From the NCBI GenBank assembly GCA_040954595.2, contig CM082589.2, positions 9,064,894 to 9,128,893 on the forward strand: a stretch of 64,000 nt of DNA, written 5' to 3'. The position numbers and the translations under genes are program-made. Of the stretch, positions 50,901-62,209 are shown piece after piece. The first letter of the stretch is position 1. Every line of letters begins with the position of its first letter. The notes under the pieces are model-generated. The model made no database searches. It saw nothing but the letters and a program-made list of their open reading frames with translations, and was not told where the DNA came from. The DNA comes from Balanoglossus misakiensis. Its lineage: Eukaryota; Animalia; Hemichordata.

Positions 50901-53900
50901 ATCGCAATGATGTAGCATCAGACACAGAAAATGGAAATGAGCCTGATGGAGATACTAATGGAATATTCATGGACACATGCTTTCAACCAGTTGACATTGG
51001 TCAGGATATTCTTGATTATCACTTTGATGATATCGCTTGTGTTGCTCCTGGCGAGGATAATAAACCTGTTAGAGTGTTGATGGAGAAGTTCAATGAAGCT
51101 AAGTGCTTTCCTGTGATATTCCCAACTGGATCACCAACATTTCACGATGATCGAGAGGTTAAGATAACAATAGGACGATACCTGCAGAGTCGCCTCATGA
51201 ATGCAAGTAACAGGTTTGCAAAAAGCACAGACTACATATTTTATGCACAATATCGTTCAGAACTTGACCAGGTTGTATCAAATGTGTCAATTGCTTTGAG
51301 AAAAGGTACTGCCAACGCTTGTGGCAAAAAGGTGACATCTGATGTTCTGACTGATGGGGATTCATTGAGAGAGATATTGAAATGTGATGAAGGCTACAAG
51401 TTTTTAAAACCAGTACGAGGAACTCCCCCTTATTGGCAATCAACACAGAAAGATTTGTTTGCAATGATCAGACAGTTAGGTATACCGACATGGTTCTGCT
51501 CATTTTCTGCTGCTGACTTAAGATGGAAAGAAGTAATTGAAACTATCCTACGTGAAGAAGGTGATACACGTAATGCTGAGGATCTCGATTGGTCTGAGAA
51601 ATGTGGTATCCTGAGACGAAATCCTGTAACAGCAGCAAGAATGTTTGATCATAGATTCCATTGTTTCTTGAATGAGGTAATAATGTCACCAGCTAGTCCT
51701 ATTGGGAAGATCAAAGATTATTTTTATCGAGTTGAGTTTCAGCAGCGTGGATCACCGCACACTCACTGTTTGTTTTGGGTTGAAAATGCACCAAAAGTGG
51801 ACAAAGATTCTGATGAGGATGTTGTTGAGTTTGTTGACAGATATGTAACATGTGAAATGCCTTCTATAGAGGAGGATGAGGTACTGCATGAGATTGTGAA
51901 AACAGTCCAGAAACACAGCTCAAGGCATTCAAAATCTTGCAAGAAAAAGGGTACTACATGTCGATTCAACTTCCCCCGACCTCCTTCAAACAAAACCTTT
52001 ATATGCCACCCATCTGTCAGCATAGATACCGGAATAGAGGTAACAGATGACGATCAGTGTAAGGATGATCAAATGTCTACATCGCTGGAGAGTGAATTTG
52101 AAAATAGTTTGCTTGAGTTGGATGATACAGTATTGGTTCAGAAGAAGGCTAGACAAATTTTAGAACGAGTGTGGACATGCCTGTGTGATAAAGAGAAACA
52201 AATTGATACTATTGATGATTTGTTCAATGCAGTTGGCATATCTCAGGAGATGTTTGAACAAGCAAATGCAATTTTGGCAAAGAAGACAAGTGTAGTTCTA
52301 AAACGTGAGCCAAGTGATGTTTGGGTGAACCAATATAATACCAACCTTCTCCGTTGCTGGAATGCAAACATGGACATTCAGTTTGTGGTGGATGCTTATG
52401 CCTGTGTTGTGTACATTGTGTCATACATCTCTAAGGCCGAAAGAGAAATGGGTTTACTCTTGGAACATGCACAGAAAGAGGCTAACAAAGAAGGAAATAT
52501 GGATGCAAAGTCTGCCATGAAAGAGTTAGGTGGTGTATATCTGCACAACAGGGAAATAAGTGCCCAGGAAGCTGTATATAGGGTATGTGGTTTGAAACTG
52601 AAACAATCATCACGAAAAGTTCAGTTTATTCCAACAGGAGAAAATCAAATTAAAATGAGTCTGCCATTAGCTGCAATTCAGAAGAAAATGAAAGGTGATA
52701 ATTTAGATGAGGAAGAGATATGGATGAATAGCATTGTAGACAGGTACAAGAACAGACCAAATGGGGTAGATTTTGACAACATGTGTCTTGCAAAATTTTG
52801 TTCTGAATACAGAGTGGTTTCAAAATCAGAAATGAAAAATGTGAGTAATGAAAAACGCCACAGTCCAATAGTGAAGTTGAAAAATGATGTTGGTTACATG
52901 CAGAAAAGATCTATAAGTGATGGTGCTGTTGTTAGATATGCTAGATTTTCTGTTACCAAATGTCCAGAAAAGCACTATGGCAGTATATTACAACTGTTTC
53001 TCCCATATCGTACTGAATCACAACTGAAACCTAGTGGATTTGAATCGTTTGAGGATTTTTATTGTCTTGGTGCAGTGAAATGTGGCACTGCTTCTTTAGA
53101 AAAGGTTAAAATGATTGTAGATGCCAATAAAGCATTATTTGAAACAGAGGCTGATGCTATTGATGCAGCTGGACAATTTCTTGATGAGAATGGCCATCTT
53201 GAAGATGCATGGGCTCAAATATGTCCAGAAAATGAATTAGAACGATTGGAATGCATTGAAGAAGGTAAAAAGTGCTGTGATGATGATCCGGTGGATGACA
53301 GTGATATTCCGGACTTGGTAAAAAAACCTAAAGGTGATGATTGCCATGTAGAACTTTCAAATTCAATGAAGAAATATGAGGTTGAAGCAATGTGTAGATC
53401 TTTGAACAAGAAACAAGCAGAAGTGTTTTACACTGTCAGGAAGTGGTGTTTGGACAAAAGCAATGGCAAGAATCCAGAACCCTTTTATTTGTTTGTCACT
53501 GGTGGTGCTGGTACTGGAAAAAGTCACTTAATCAAAAGCATATATCATGAAGCCAAACGAATTCTAGCTCGTGCAATGCCAGATGTTGATGGAATTTCAA
53601 TTGCTTTAACTGCACCAACAGGAGTAGCAGCGTTTAATATACAAGGAACAACTCTCCATCATATATTCTCCATAGCTGTTGACTCAAAGCTGCCATATCA
53701 GCCACTGCGTGAAGAAAAGCTCAATACTCTTCGTTGCAAGTTTGGTAACCTTCAAATTTTGATAATAGATGAGATTTCTATGGTAGACAAAAAGTTACTG
53801 TACTATGTTCATGGAAGACTGCGACAAATCAAACAGTCATCGGCTGAGTCACCATTTGGGAATGTGTGTGTTATTGCTGTGGGTGATTTTTATCAACTCC

Positions 53901-55483
53901 CGCCTGTAAAAGCAAGTCCACTGTGCATAGACCGTGAATCCGTCAATCTGTGGAATGATAATTTCAGTATGGTAGAATTAACTGAAATAATGAGACAGAA
54001 AGACTGTGCATTTGCAGAGGCACTAAATCGAGTAAGAGTTCACAAAAAGGGGGACACACTAAATGCTGGTGATGTGGCAATGTTACAAAAGTGTGTTACT
54101 GGTGAAACATCTGAGGCAATGCATGTTTTTGCTACAAATGCAGAGGTTAATAGCTGTAATGTTGAAATGCTTCATTCTCAATGTTCTGATCCTGTGTGTA
54201 TTGAAGCAGAAGATTTTAGCAGAAATCCTAAAAGTGGACGACTAGAAAAAAAGGAAGGTCACCATGTCAAAGTGTTCAGGACAACTTTGCCAAAGACTCT
54301 TACTCTAGCTGTTGGTGCACGAGTCCAATTGACGCATAACATTGATGTGGCTGATGGTTTGGTGAATGGCGTTTTTGGGACAGTATGTCACATTGCAGGA
54401 AAACCAAATGAAAAATTCCCAGCTGCCATTTATGTTGTATTTGATAATGAGAAAGTTGGCCAAGGATTGCGTAAAAAGAAGCCTATAACTATATCTGACC
54501 TTCCAGTAAACAGTACCCCTATAGAACCTCAAGAAATGTCTGTTGCAAGTAATGGTGGTATTAGGAGGCAGTTTCCTTTAAAACTAGCTTGGGCATGTAC
54601 AGTGCATAAGGTACAGGGATTGACAGTTGATAAAGCTGTTGTCAGTTTAAAGAAGATGTTTGCACCAGGACAGGCATATGTGGCATTGAGTCGGGTGACA
54701 ACATTAGATGGTCTCATTATTAATGACTTTAACAAATCATCCATATATTGCAATGAAAAGGTCCAAGAAGCCCTGGAAACAATGCCAAAATTTCTCCCCA
54801 AGTGTACTCAGAAAGAACACAGTAATTATACATGCTCATTTGTATTGCATAATGTGGAGGGACTTGTCAATCACATTAAAGATATTTGCAATGACAGTGA
54901 ATATTTGGAAGCAGACTTCATTTGTTTGACGGAAACTTGGTTATCTGAAAAAGGAACACATTGTAATTTGCAATTGAGCGGATTTGAATTCAATCACCAA
55001 CCACGATCTCAATCCTACAATCAATTTGATAGAAATACATCAAGTCTACAGTTGCAACAGCGGGGTGGTGTTGGAGTCTATAGCAAACTATGTAATGATT
55101 TTGAAATTTTGCATTTGGGTGTGTGTAATTTGGAATGTATTTCATTTTATGTCACTAAAATCAATGTTACAGTAGCTGTAGTTTATAGACCACCATCATA
55201 CAAAGCAGAGGTATTCAAAAAAAGTTTGGTTTGCTTGGTGAAAGCAATGGAAAAATACCCAGGAGGCAAACTGATCATGGGTGATTTCAATGAAGATATC
55301 TTGTCCCGGTCATCACTTGTAAAGTTCATGGAAGATCATGGTTTCAGACAATTTGTTAGCGAACCAACTACAGAAGCTAATACATTGATTGATCATGTGT
55401 ATGTGAAAGGAATAAAATATGTGACAGTAAATGTGGTACCAAAATACTTCAGCTTTCATGAAGCAATAAGCATCAAAATATAA
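47966..55483 (+). CDS. Helentron RepHel polyprotein: OTU protease, Zn finger, HUH Rep, PIF1-family helicase, AP/EEP endonuclease (~2505 aa)
   Basis: OTU motifs GDGNCYFRSLS...WAT..EI...NHY; Zn finger CSVCH/CHTCH; Rep motifs FCSFSAAD, VEFQQRGSPHTH and YIVSYISK; helicase motifs GGAGTGKS, APTG, IIDEISM, GDFYQLPPV, TVHKVQG and YVALSR; endonuclease motifs LTETW, YRPP, GDFN and IDHVY. The frame is uninterrupted. Confidence 0.97.
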   Translation: MPRSRYWRKKRSQKNEDTVVSEDPVLLKNRIAIEHKEGPALSKNRNRNEYKEGPALSKNRNNNEFKEGPALSKNRNRNEFKEGPALSKNRNMDKIRKSDRENESSKVNNEIFETENQSVDKTEGSNEILQQHSLDNDSSDDLYIGSGTEDSVYSFSPLTSDVCEQLCCKFDIVDKNKIDILNKLGSVTIGDPCNYKSIIGDGNCYFRSLSYCISGTERNHGVIRTAIVNHLKANEEVYSGWVRLDGYTSVADYIEKSRMDHLGTWATETEILATTNLFNVNIFVYSFDSWWKHSCNIINKNNVDRGVGIYLNHRNRNHYEVVECVKTPQLETCHCTHIDCNEVVPIENVTGECMGVTDNECSKQIGLKKEFHLDDVFATQCFAPVRSKKRGRAIGERLKKKLRREKYESERGKLNELNVPSSLKSSKASKQYERYQTNSEYRDNIKSDSRKRYHEDVLYRENKKRRLAGRYDHDLVYREVQKTVCAEQCLAKYEKVPLYREHKKSESAAQCVDKYKKDQTFREQKKRQSAAQCVDKYKKDQTFREQKKRQSAEQCVDKYKKDQTFREQKKRQSAAQCVDKYKKDETFREQKKRQCVDKYKKDQTFREQKKRQNAALCVDKYKKDQTFREQKKRQSAAQCVHKYKKDLEFREQKKRQTAAVFADKFQNDQKFREHKKSQNAAQFLDKYNRDEEFQNWTKKKCLERYQQDHVYKQTVLQRRRTERKVTKIEKGNIERVIIDFRNQISVGPNCVCSVCHRRLFRKQVIVCKMDNYVSKGGLCEMNANKCITQEYVHNCSELCIVDCPLKSSAASKLWICHTCHSKLLRAEMPVQAAANNLDVKPIPDELKCLNSLEQHLIALHIPFMKMMALPRGGQNGVHGPVVCVPSNIEKATSILPRGELEDQMIKVKLKRKLSYKGCYQYQFVNKGHIQNALEYLQKNNKWYNDVKFNLTWENTLEKTEEKSNGESNENTEEKLLDTDRNDVASDTENGNEPDGDTNGIFMDTCFQPVDIGQDILDYHFDDIACVAPGEDNKPVRVLMEKFNEAKCFPVIFPTGSPTFHDDREVKITIGRYLQSRLMNASNRFAKSTDYIFYAQYRSELDQVVSNVSIALRKGTANACGKKVTSDVLTDGDSLREILKCDEGYKFLKPVRGTPPYWQSTQKDLFAMIRQLGIPTWFCSFSAADLRWKEVIETILREEGDTRNAEDLDWSEKCGILRRNPVTAARMFDHRFHCFLNEVIMSPASPIGKIKDYFYRVEFQQRGSPHTHCLFWVENAPKVDKDSDEDVVEFVDRYVTCEMPSIEEDEVLHEIVKTVQKHSSRHSKSCKKKGTTCRFNFPRPPSNKTFICHPSVSIDTGIEVTDDDQCKDDQMSTSLESEFENSLLELDDTVLVQKKARQILERVWTCLCDKEKQIDTIDDLFNAVGISQEMFEQANAILAKKTSVVLKREPSDVWVNQYNTNLLRCWNANMDIQFVVDAYACVVYIVSYISKAEREMGLLLEHAQKEANKEGNMDAKSAMKELGGVYLHNREISAQEAVYRVCGLKLKQSSRKVQFIPTGENQIKMSLPLAAIQKKMKGDNLDEEEIWMNSIVDRYKNRPNGVDFDNMCLAKFCSEYRVVSKSEMKNVSNEKRHSPIVKLKNDVGYMQKRSISDGAVVRYARFSVTKCPEKHYGSILQLFLPYRTESQLKPSGFESFEDFYCLGAVKCGTASLEKVKMIVDANKALFETEADAIDAAGQFLDENGHLEDAWAQICPENELERLECIEEGKKCCDDDPVDDSDIPDLVKKPKGDDCHVELSNSMKKYEVEAMCRSLNKKQAEVFYTVRKWCLDKSNGKNPEPFYLFVTGGAGTGKSHLIKSIYHEAKRILARAMPDVDGISIALTAPTGVAAFNIQGTTLHHIFSIAVDSKLPYQPLREEKLNTLRCKFGNLQILIIDEISMVDKKLLYYVHGRLRQIKQSSAESPFGNVCVIAVGDFYQLPPVKASPLCIDRESVNLWNDNFSMVELTEIMRQKDCAFAEALNRVRVHKKGDTLNAGDVAMLQKCVTGETSEAMHVFATNAEVNSCNVEMLHSQCSDPVCIEAEDFSRNPKSGRLEKKEGHHVKVFRTTLPKTLTLAVGARVQLTHNIDVADGLVNGVFGTVCHIAGKPNEKFPAAIYVVFDNEKVGQGLRKKKPITISDLPVNSTPIEPQEMSVASNGGIRRQFPLKLAWACTVHKVQGLTVDKAVVSLKKMFAPGQAYVALSRVTTLDGLIINDFNKSSIYCNEKVQEALETMPKFLPKCTQKEHSNYTCSFVLHNVEGLVNHIKDICNDSEYLEADFICLTETWLSEKGTHCNLQLSGFEFNHQPRSQSYNQFDRNTSSLQLQQRGGVGVYSKLCNDFEILHLGVCNLECISFYVTKINVTVAVVYRPPSYKAEVFKKSLVCLVKAMEKYPGGKLIMGDFNEDILSRSSLVKFMEDHGFRQFVSEPTTEANTLIDHVYVKGIKYVTVNVVPKYFSFHEAISIKI
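48071..48238 (+). repeat. 45-bp coding repeat x4 (KEGPALSKNRNRNE(Y/F))
   Basis: AAAGAGGGGCCTGCCCTCTCTAAAAACAGG at 48071, 48116, 48161 and 48206. Confidence 0.95.
49420..50045 (+). repeat. 66-bp coding repeat, ~9-10 copies (SAAQCVDKYKKDQTFREQKKRQ)
   Basis: Visible in both DNA and translation; one copy is shortened by 4 aa. Confidence 0.95.
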
Positions 55484-58400
55484 TTATTTAGACTTGTGTT
55501 TTGAAATAAAATCAGTATGATTAGAAAAATAAAGATATAACCCACCGCGAGGAATAACCTTATTCAGGTACATGATTCAATAACGGCCTTTGTTACGGAA
55601 AAGCTGAGTGATGGTACCAGACCTTGTTGCTTCACCAGGGCAAAATGTGTGCTTCTGGTGGTAGGACATGACCGGGCAAGTGATCTGATTTGGCGGGCGA
55701 CTTGTGCTTGTCGCTGCGCTCCTTGCCTGGTCATACTGCCAGTAGCACACTATGGTGCACAGCGATGAGGTCTGGGAGTGAGACTAGATAAAAACAAAAC
55801 TACCCAGCAAGAGGTTAAATGTTCTTATACTGGCTCCTATGTTAAATCAATTCAAATACTTAATTGTCAACAATAGCTGTGAAACTTGTCTTCATGAGGC
55901 TCATCAATCAGTTATAAATTCAGGATAAATGACATTTTGATAACAATGTATATACACAAATAAGACAACATGATGAAAAGCATATCTGCAGCACTGGATA
56001 AAACTAAAAAAGGATGAAACTTGAATTTAAAATAGATATAGCTGTTGGCAAAAGTATTTTCCAAAGGAATTGTTTCCTGTTAAATTGAACTCTGTAGCAT
56101 GTCCATAATTGGAGATTTTGAAAGAAATTTTAAAGTTGGTTTATAGTCAGGATCTGTAGCAATAGTGTGTGCATGTCGTTCAACTGCCTTATGATATAAT
56201 CTGAGAAAGCTGACATCATCATTTTACATAACATGTATTTACCTTACCGCAAAATAATATTGACCACCAGATTGCTTTTGATAAGGTTACGATAAGGTAG
56301 CGATACACCAACTGCAAATAATTTGAAGCAAATTAACTACAGAAGCTAATAAATTGATTGATCTTGTGTCTGAGAAAGGAATAAAATATGTGACGGTAAA
56401 TGTTGTACCAAAATACTTTAGCTTTCATGAAGCAATAAGGATCAAAATATTAATTTAGAGTTGTGTTTTGAAATAACATAAGTGTTATTAGAAAAATAAA
56501 GATATAACCCGTCACGAGGAATAACCTTATTCAGGTACATGATTTAATAACGGCCTTTGTTACGGAAAAGCTGAGTGATGGTACCAGACCTTGTTGCTTC
56601 ACCAGGGCAAAGTGTGTGCTTCTGGTGGTAGGACATGACCGGGCAAGTGATCTGATTTGGCGGGCGACTTGTGCTTGTCGCTGCGCTCCTTGCCTGGTCA
56701 TACTGCCAGTAGCACACTATGGTGCACAGCGATGAGGTCTGGGAGTGAGACTAGATAAAAACAAAACTACCCAGCAAGAGGTTAAATGTTCTTATACTGG
56801 CTCCTATGTTAAATCAATTCAAATACTTAATTGTCAACAATAGCTGTGAAACTTGTCTTCATGAGGCTCATCAATCAGTTATAAATTCAGGATAAATGAC
56901 ATTTTGATAACAATGTATATACACAAATAAGACAACATGATGAAAAGCATATCTGCAGCACTGGATAAAACTAAAAAAGGATGAAACTTGAATTTAAAAT
57001 AGATATAGCTGTTGGCAAAAGTATTTTCCAAAGGAATTGTTTCCTGTTAAATTGAACTCTGTAGCATGTCCATAATTGGAGATTTTGAAAGAAATTTTAA
57101 AGTTGGTTTATAGTCAGGATCTGTAGCAATAGTGTGTGCATGTCGTTCAACTGCCTATGATATAATCTGAGAAAGCTGACATCATCATTTTACATAACAT
57201 GTATTTACCTTACCGCAAAATAATATTGACCACCAGATTGCTTTTGATAAGGTTACGATAAGGTAGCGATACACCAACTGCAAATAATTTGAAGCAAATT
57301 AACTACAGAAGCTAATAAATTGATTGATCTTGTGTCTGAGAAAGGAATAGAAAGTGTGACGGTAAATGTTGTACCAAAATACTTTAGCTTTCATGAAGCA
57401 ATAAGGATCAAAATATTAATTTAGAGTTGTGTTTTGAAATAACATAAGTGTTATTAGAAAAATAAAGATATAACCCGTCACGAGGAAAAACCTCATTCAC
57501 GTACATGATTTAATAATGGCCTTTGTTACGGAAAAGCTGAGTGATGGTACCAGACCTTGTTGCTTCACCAGGGCAAAGTGTGTGCTTCTGGTGGTAGGAC
57601 ATGACCGGGCAAGTGATCTGATTTGGCAAACTTGTGCTTGTCGCTGCGCTCCTTGCCTGGTCATACTGCCAGTAGCACACTATGGTGCACAGCGATGAGG
57701 TCTGGGAGTGAGACTAGATAAAAACAAAACTACCCAGCAAGAGGTTAAATGTTCTTATACTGGCTCCTATGTTAAATCAATTCAAATACTTAATTGTCAA
57801 CAATAGCTGTGAAACTTGTCTTCATGAGGCTCATCAATCAGTTATAAATTCAGGATAAATGACATTTTGATAACAATGTATATACACAAATAAGACAACA
57901 TGATGAAAAGCATATCTGCAGCACTGGATAAAACTAAAAAAGGATGAAACTTGAATTTAAAATAGATATAGCTGTTGGCAAAAGTATTTTCCAAAGGAAT
58001 TGTTTCCTGTTAAATTGAACTCTGTAGCATGTCCATAATTGGAGATTTTGAAAGAAATTTTAAAGTTGGTTTATAGTCAGGATCTGTAGCAATAGTGTGT
58101 GCATGTCGTTCAACTGCCTTATGATATAATCTGAGAAAGCTGACATCATCATTTTACATAACATGTATTTACCTTACCGCAAAATAATATTGACCACCAG
58201 ATTGCTTTTGATAAGGTTACGATAAGGTAGCGATACACCAACTGCAAATAATTTGAAGCAAATTAACTACAGAAGCTAATAAATTGATTGATCTTGTGTC
58301 TGAGAAAGGAATAGAAAGTGTGACGGTAAATGTTGTACCAAAATACTTTAGCTTTCATGAAGCAATAAGGATCAAAATATTAATTTAGAGTTGTGTTTTG

Positions 58401-59219
58401 AAATAACATAAGTGTTATTAGAAAAATAAAGATATAACCCGTCACGAGGAAAAACCTCATTCACGTACATGATTTAATAATGGCCTTTGTTACGGAAAAG
58501 CTGAGTGATGGTACCAGACCTTGTTGCTTCACCAGGGCAAAGTGTGTGCTTCTGGTGGTAGGACATGACCGGGCAAGTGATCTGATTTGGCAAACTTGTG
58601 CTTGTCGCTGCGCTCCTTGCCTGGTCATACTGCCAGTAGCACACTATGGTGCACAGCGATGAGGTCTGGGAGTGAGACTAGATAAAAACAAAACTACCCA
58701 GCAAGAGGTTAAATGTTCTTATACTGGCTCCTATGTTAAATCAATTCAAATACTTAATTGTCAACAATAGCTGTGAAACTTGTCTTCATGAGGCTCATCA
58801 ATCAGTTATAAATTCAGGATAAATGACATTTTGATAACAATGTATATACACAAATAAGACAACATGATGAAAAGCATATCTGCAGCACTGGATAAAACTA
58901 AAAAAGGATGAAACTTGAATTTAAAATAGATATAGCTGTTGGCAAAAGTATTTTCCAAAGGAATTGTTTCCTGTTAAATTGAACTCTGTAGCATGTCCAT
59001 AATTGGAGATTTTGAAAGAAATTTTAAAGTTGGTTTATAGTCAGGATCTGTAGCAATAGTGTGTGCATGTCGTTCAACTGCCTTATGATATAATCTGAGA
59101 AAGCTGACATCATCATTTTACATAACATGTATTTACCTTACCGCAAAATAATATTGACCACCAGATTGCTTTTGATAAGGTTACGATAAGGTAGCGATAC
59201 ACCAACTGCAAATAATTTG
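55366..59219 (+). repeat. ~965-bp tandem repeat x4 comprising the last ~39 codons and 3' flank of the RepHel gene
   Basis: AACTACAGAAGCTAAT at 55366, 56335, 57301 and 58265; similarity ends at 59219. Confidence 0.97.
55617..55775 (+). ncRNA. Putative rod-like structured RNA element (further copies at 56584-56742, 57550-57705, 58514-58669)
   Basis: Nested complementary arms with multiple G:U pairs on the + strand, paired by eye. No family recognised. Confidence 0.5.
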
Positions 59220-59449
59220 TCTAACATGATGTGATTTAACTTTCAGAAAAAGATATAAACTCTGGGGGAGGACAGGGTAATTAAGACTAGGTTGTCTACA
59301 CGCCTTAGTGAGTTGTCTGTCTGTCTGTCTGTCTGAAGATAAACTCAGGCGAAGGATTGAGTAATTTAAGACAGGCTGCCTGGCTGTCATAATGTTATAT
59401 CTGTCTGTATGTCTTTGTCATGTATGTACTGGCATATGTACATTTCTAA

Positions 59450-59539
59450 CATATGTACATGTGTATATGCATGTGTGTGTGTGTGCGTGTGTGTGTGTGT
59501 ATGTATGTATGTATGCATGCAGGCATGTGTGTATGTATG

Positions 59540-59573
<34 letters not shown>

Positions 59574-59585
59574 TGTATGTATGTA
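59450..59585. repeat. (GT)n/(GTAT)n microsatellite
   Basis: Direct reading; a short (TGTC)n tract also lies at ~59314-59334. Confidence 0.95.
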
Positions 59586-59673
59586 GTCATTTTCTATGTA
59601 TATATAAAATCTACGTTAAATATAAAAAGTATTTTAGAACAATTTACATTGTTGCTTGGTATGATATAATTAC

Positions 59674-59916
59674 AATTTAACAATTTTATTGCTACACCAT
59701 GGGGTATTCACTTCTGTGTGTACATTTGTTTGTATGATCATATGGTATGCAATATTGAGTACATGTACATAATTCACCTGCTTTTAATACCGTGTAATTT
59801 AACAATTTTATTGCTACACCATGGGGTATTCACTTCTGTGTGTACATTTGTTTGTATGATCATATGGTATGCAATATTGAGTACATGTACATAATTCACC
59901 TGCTTTTAATACTGTG
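59674..59916. repeat. 122-bp tandem duplication
   Basis: AATTTAACAATTTTATTGCTACACCATGGGG... at 59674 and 59796. Confidence 0.92.
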
Positions 59917-60552
59917 TGGTATAGCGTATATATTGCATTTTGTAAAAAGAAACGTGAAATACTGTATTTTGAACAACTTATTGTACTGGATGATTTTTTA
60001 TTACAGTAAAGATATTTGCCTGCATTATGAGAGTAATAGAAATAATTTAAGTTGTACTTTTTATTCTGAAATAAGTTTCTTGATGTTTGGTATTCCATGT
60101 AAATAGCCAATTTTGAGTCAAGATAGTTATTTTATAACATGATTTGAAATTGTCATTTGTATTATCAAGAATGGTTTCAATCAAATAATTATGTATTTTC
60201 ATTTTGTGTTGACTTAATATTCAAAACTGGACCTGTTGTTTGACTTATTGAAACACGGTAAACTGTATAGGGTCACATACACACCATTAAGACGGTTCTG
60301 AAGTGTCTCAGATCAGATACCATCTTAAAGAATCAGGTGTGGACAGTGTTTAGTGGTTCTGAAATTGCTTAGATTTGAGACAGCATTTGCCGGTCAGACC
60401 GGAGCCGGTGTAAAGAATTACTGTAACACCTCTCCGCAACCCATTGTCCATGGGACTAAGCCTCAGCCCCCCTACTTATGGTGGGTTCACATCTGGGCCC
60501 ATGGCCGGGCAAAACGTGTCACTGATGATTGTGACAAGACAAGCTAATCTTT

Positions 60553-60851
60553 AGTCCCCGTTCACATTGTGATTGGCACAGTCCTGGCCAGTGGTGTCTC
60601 GCCAACCTTTCACCTTATAAAGCAGAACCATGTTGGTCCTCTAATGGTTGTTCATACGATTTTCTTCATTGTCAAACGATGGACTACACTATTATGTCAA
60701 TCTGGGACCAGATTCGGACAAAACGTGTCCACACACACCGTAGTGGAACCAGAGTCGGACCAGAGTAGGATACAAACTAACCCATTCAACTGGGACAAAA
60801 ATTGTCCGGACAAAGGTCGGCCAGACCCGTTCTGAGTATTGTGAACAGCCT
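60553..60851. mobile_element. Possible degenerate Harbinger-like MITE (~300 bp)
   Basis: Imperfect inverted termini AGTCCCCGTTCACA / TGTGAACAGCCT with TTA/TAA at the borders, and internal GGAC(C/A) repeats. Weak evidence. Confidence 0.3.
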
Positions 60852-62209
60852 AATAAACTGTGTGTGTGTGCAGCGACTTAAAGGATTAATGCTCTGTGTT
60901 TACCAGTACAGTACTGTACTGGTGAACTATGCTTGTATATCAACATACAAGATTGAACATTCACATAAATAATTTATGATGTCCACCCAGTTTTCCACTG
61001 TGTGCTAAACTTTTATCCATGTATTTGAATATATAGCCAGTGTTGCAAACTATTTAGACCACATGGATCTTGGCATGAGATCTCAGAGTGTAGTATTCTT
61101 TCATGTATAACTGCCATGTACAATGCCATGGCAATGTTATTTGTCAAAAGGAAACGTACTTTGGTACAGGTATTCATTTCGTATCACACACAAAATCACA
61201 ACTTTACTTACAGCAAAGGGGTATTTACTGACCCCTTTTTAGGTTATGCACTGACAGCATATTGCACAGTCAGTGACTTAATGCAGGTACTCTCTGTATT
61301 CTTGAATGATATCAAAAAGGGCAAACAAAAGCTACTTTGTACCTTTAACAAATGATCTGCAATTAAGGCTTGTACACAATCAAGTTGTCAGATTACGTTT
61401 AATGACTATTTCTGTCAATGCTATGTCCCGTTTGATTTTCTAAAATTGTGCACAACAAGAAATGTCTTAAAGGATATGCTGAACTGTATTTTAAAATTCA
61501 AGTAGACTTTTGTCAAGGTCAGATTTGCTTTGTTGTATACTAGATATGTCCTCATAATACATATATGTTCTTAAGTATTTGTCGTGTTAAATATGCACTG
61601 TATCAAATGGATGTTCAAACAATTTAGAAAGATGCTAACTTAATTTCACTAATCCTCTTTTTCAGAAATTAAATGGTGTCTGAACTTATTATTTAGTTAT
61701 TATTATTAGTTATTATTATACTTGGCCATTGTCAGCTGGATATAATTGCTTAAAACTGTGAACAATTGTAATCTGTGTTTGTTTAGTTTCTTGCAATAAC
61801 AAAAACCAACCTCAACTGATGTCAACCATTTGTTTTATGTGCTTCAGATAAACCTGTAAGTTGAATCATTGCTTTTTAACATAAGCCTTTTACTGTAGTC
61901 ATCTCTTTATTTTAGTCTACATTATAGGTCGCTGACCACTTAAAACAAAATGTCCACGTCTGACTTTCGTGTCTCTCTGTACTCTGTACAATCTATCTGG
62001 TTTGGTAGATTTTCCGGATACCAAGATAAAGAAAACTTGAAGGTCTAATACACAAATATTTCTCAAATAATGTTGTCACATACTAGTGGAGATCCAAAAC
62101 ACAAAACATGTAAGCCCTCTTATTTTTAAGGATACTATTTGTAGTAGGCAAAATAAGGAGGTGAAGTATAAGAACGCATTAAGTGTTTCAACATATCATG
62201 ATAATGAAA

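Noticed and set aside
54830-55483. Separate LINE retrotransposon endonuclease
   Set aside because: It is fused in frame to the helicase with no reverse transcriptase; this is the standard Helentron EN domain.
55600-55780. Hammerhead ribozyme, SECIS or C/D snoRNA identity for the hairpin
   Set aside because: There is no CUGANGA/GAAA core in the right geometry, the AUGA is Watson-Crick paired rather than forming a GA quartet, and the box motifs are incomplete.
59387-59680. His/Thr- and Cys/Val/Met-rich ORFs
   Set aside because: These are microsatellite translations.
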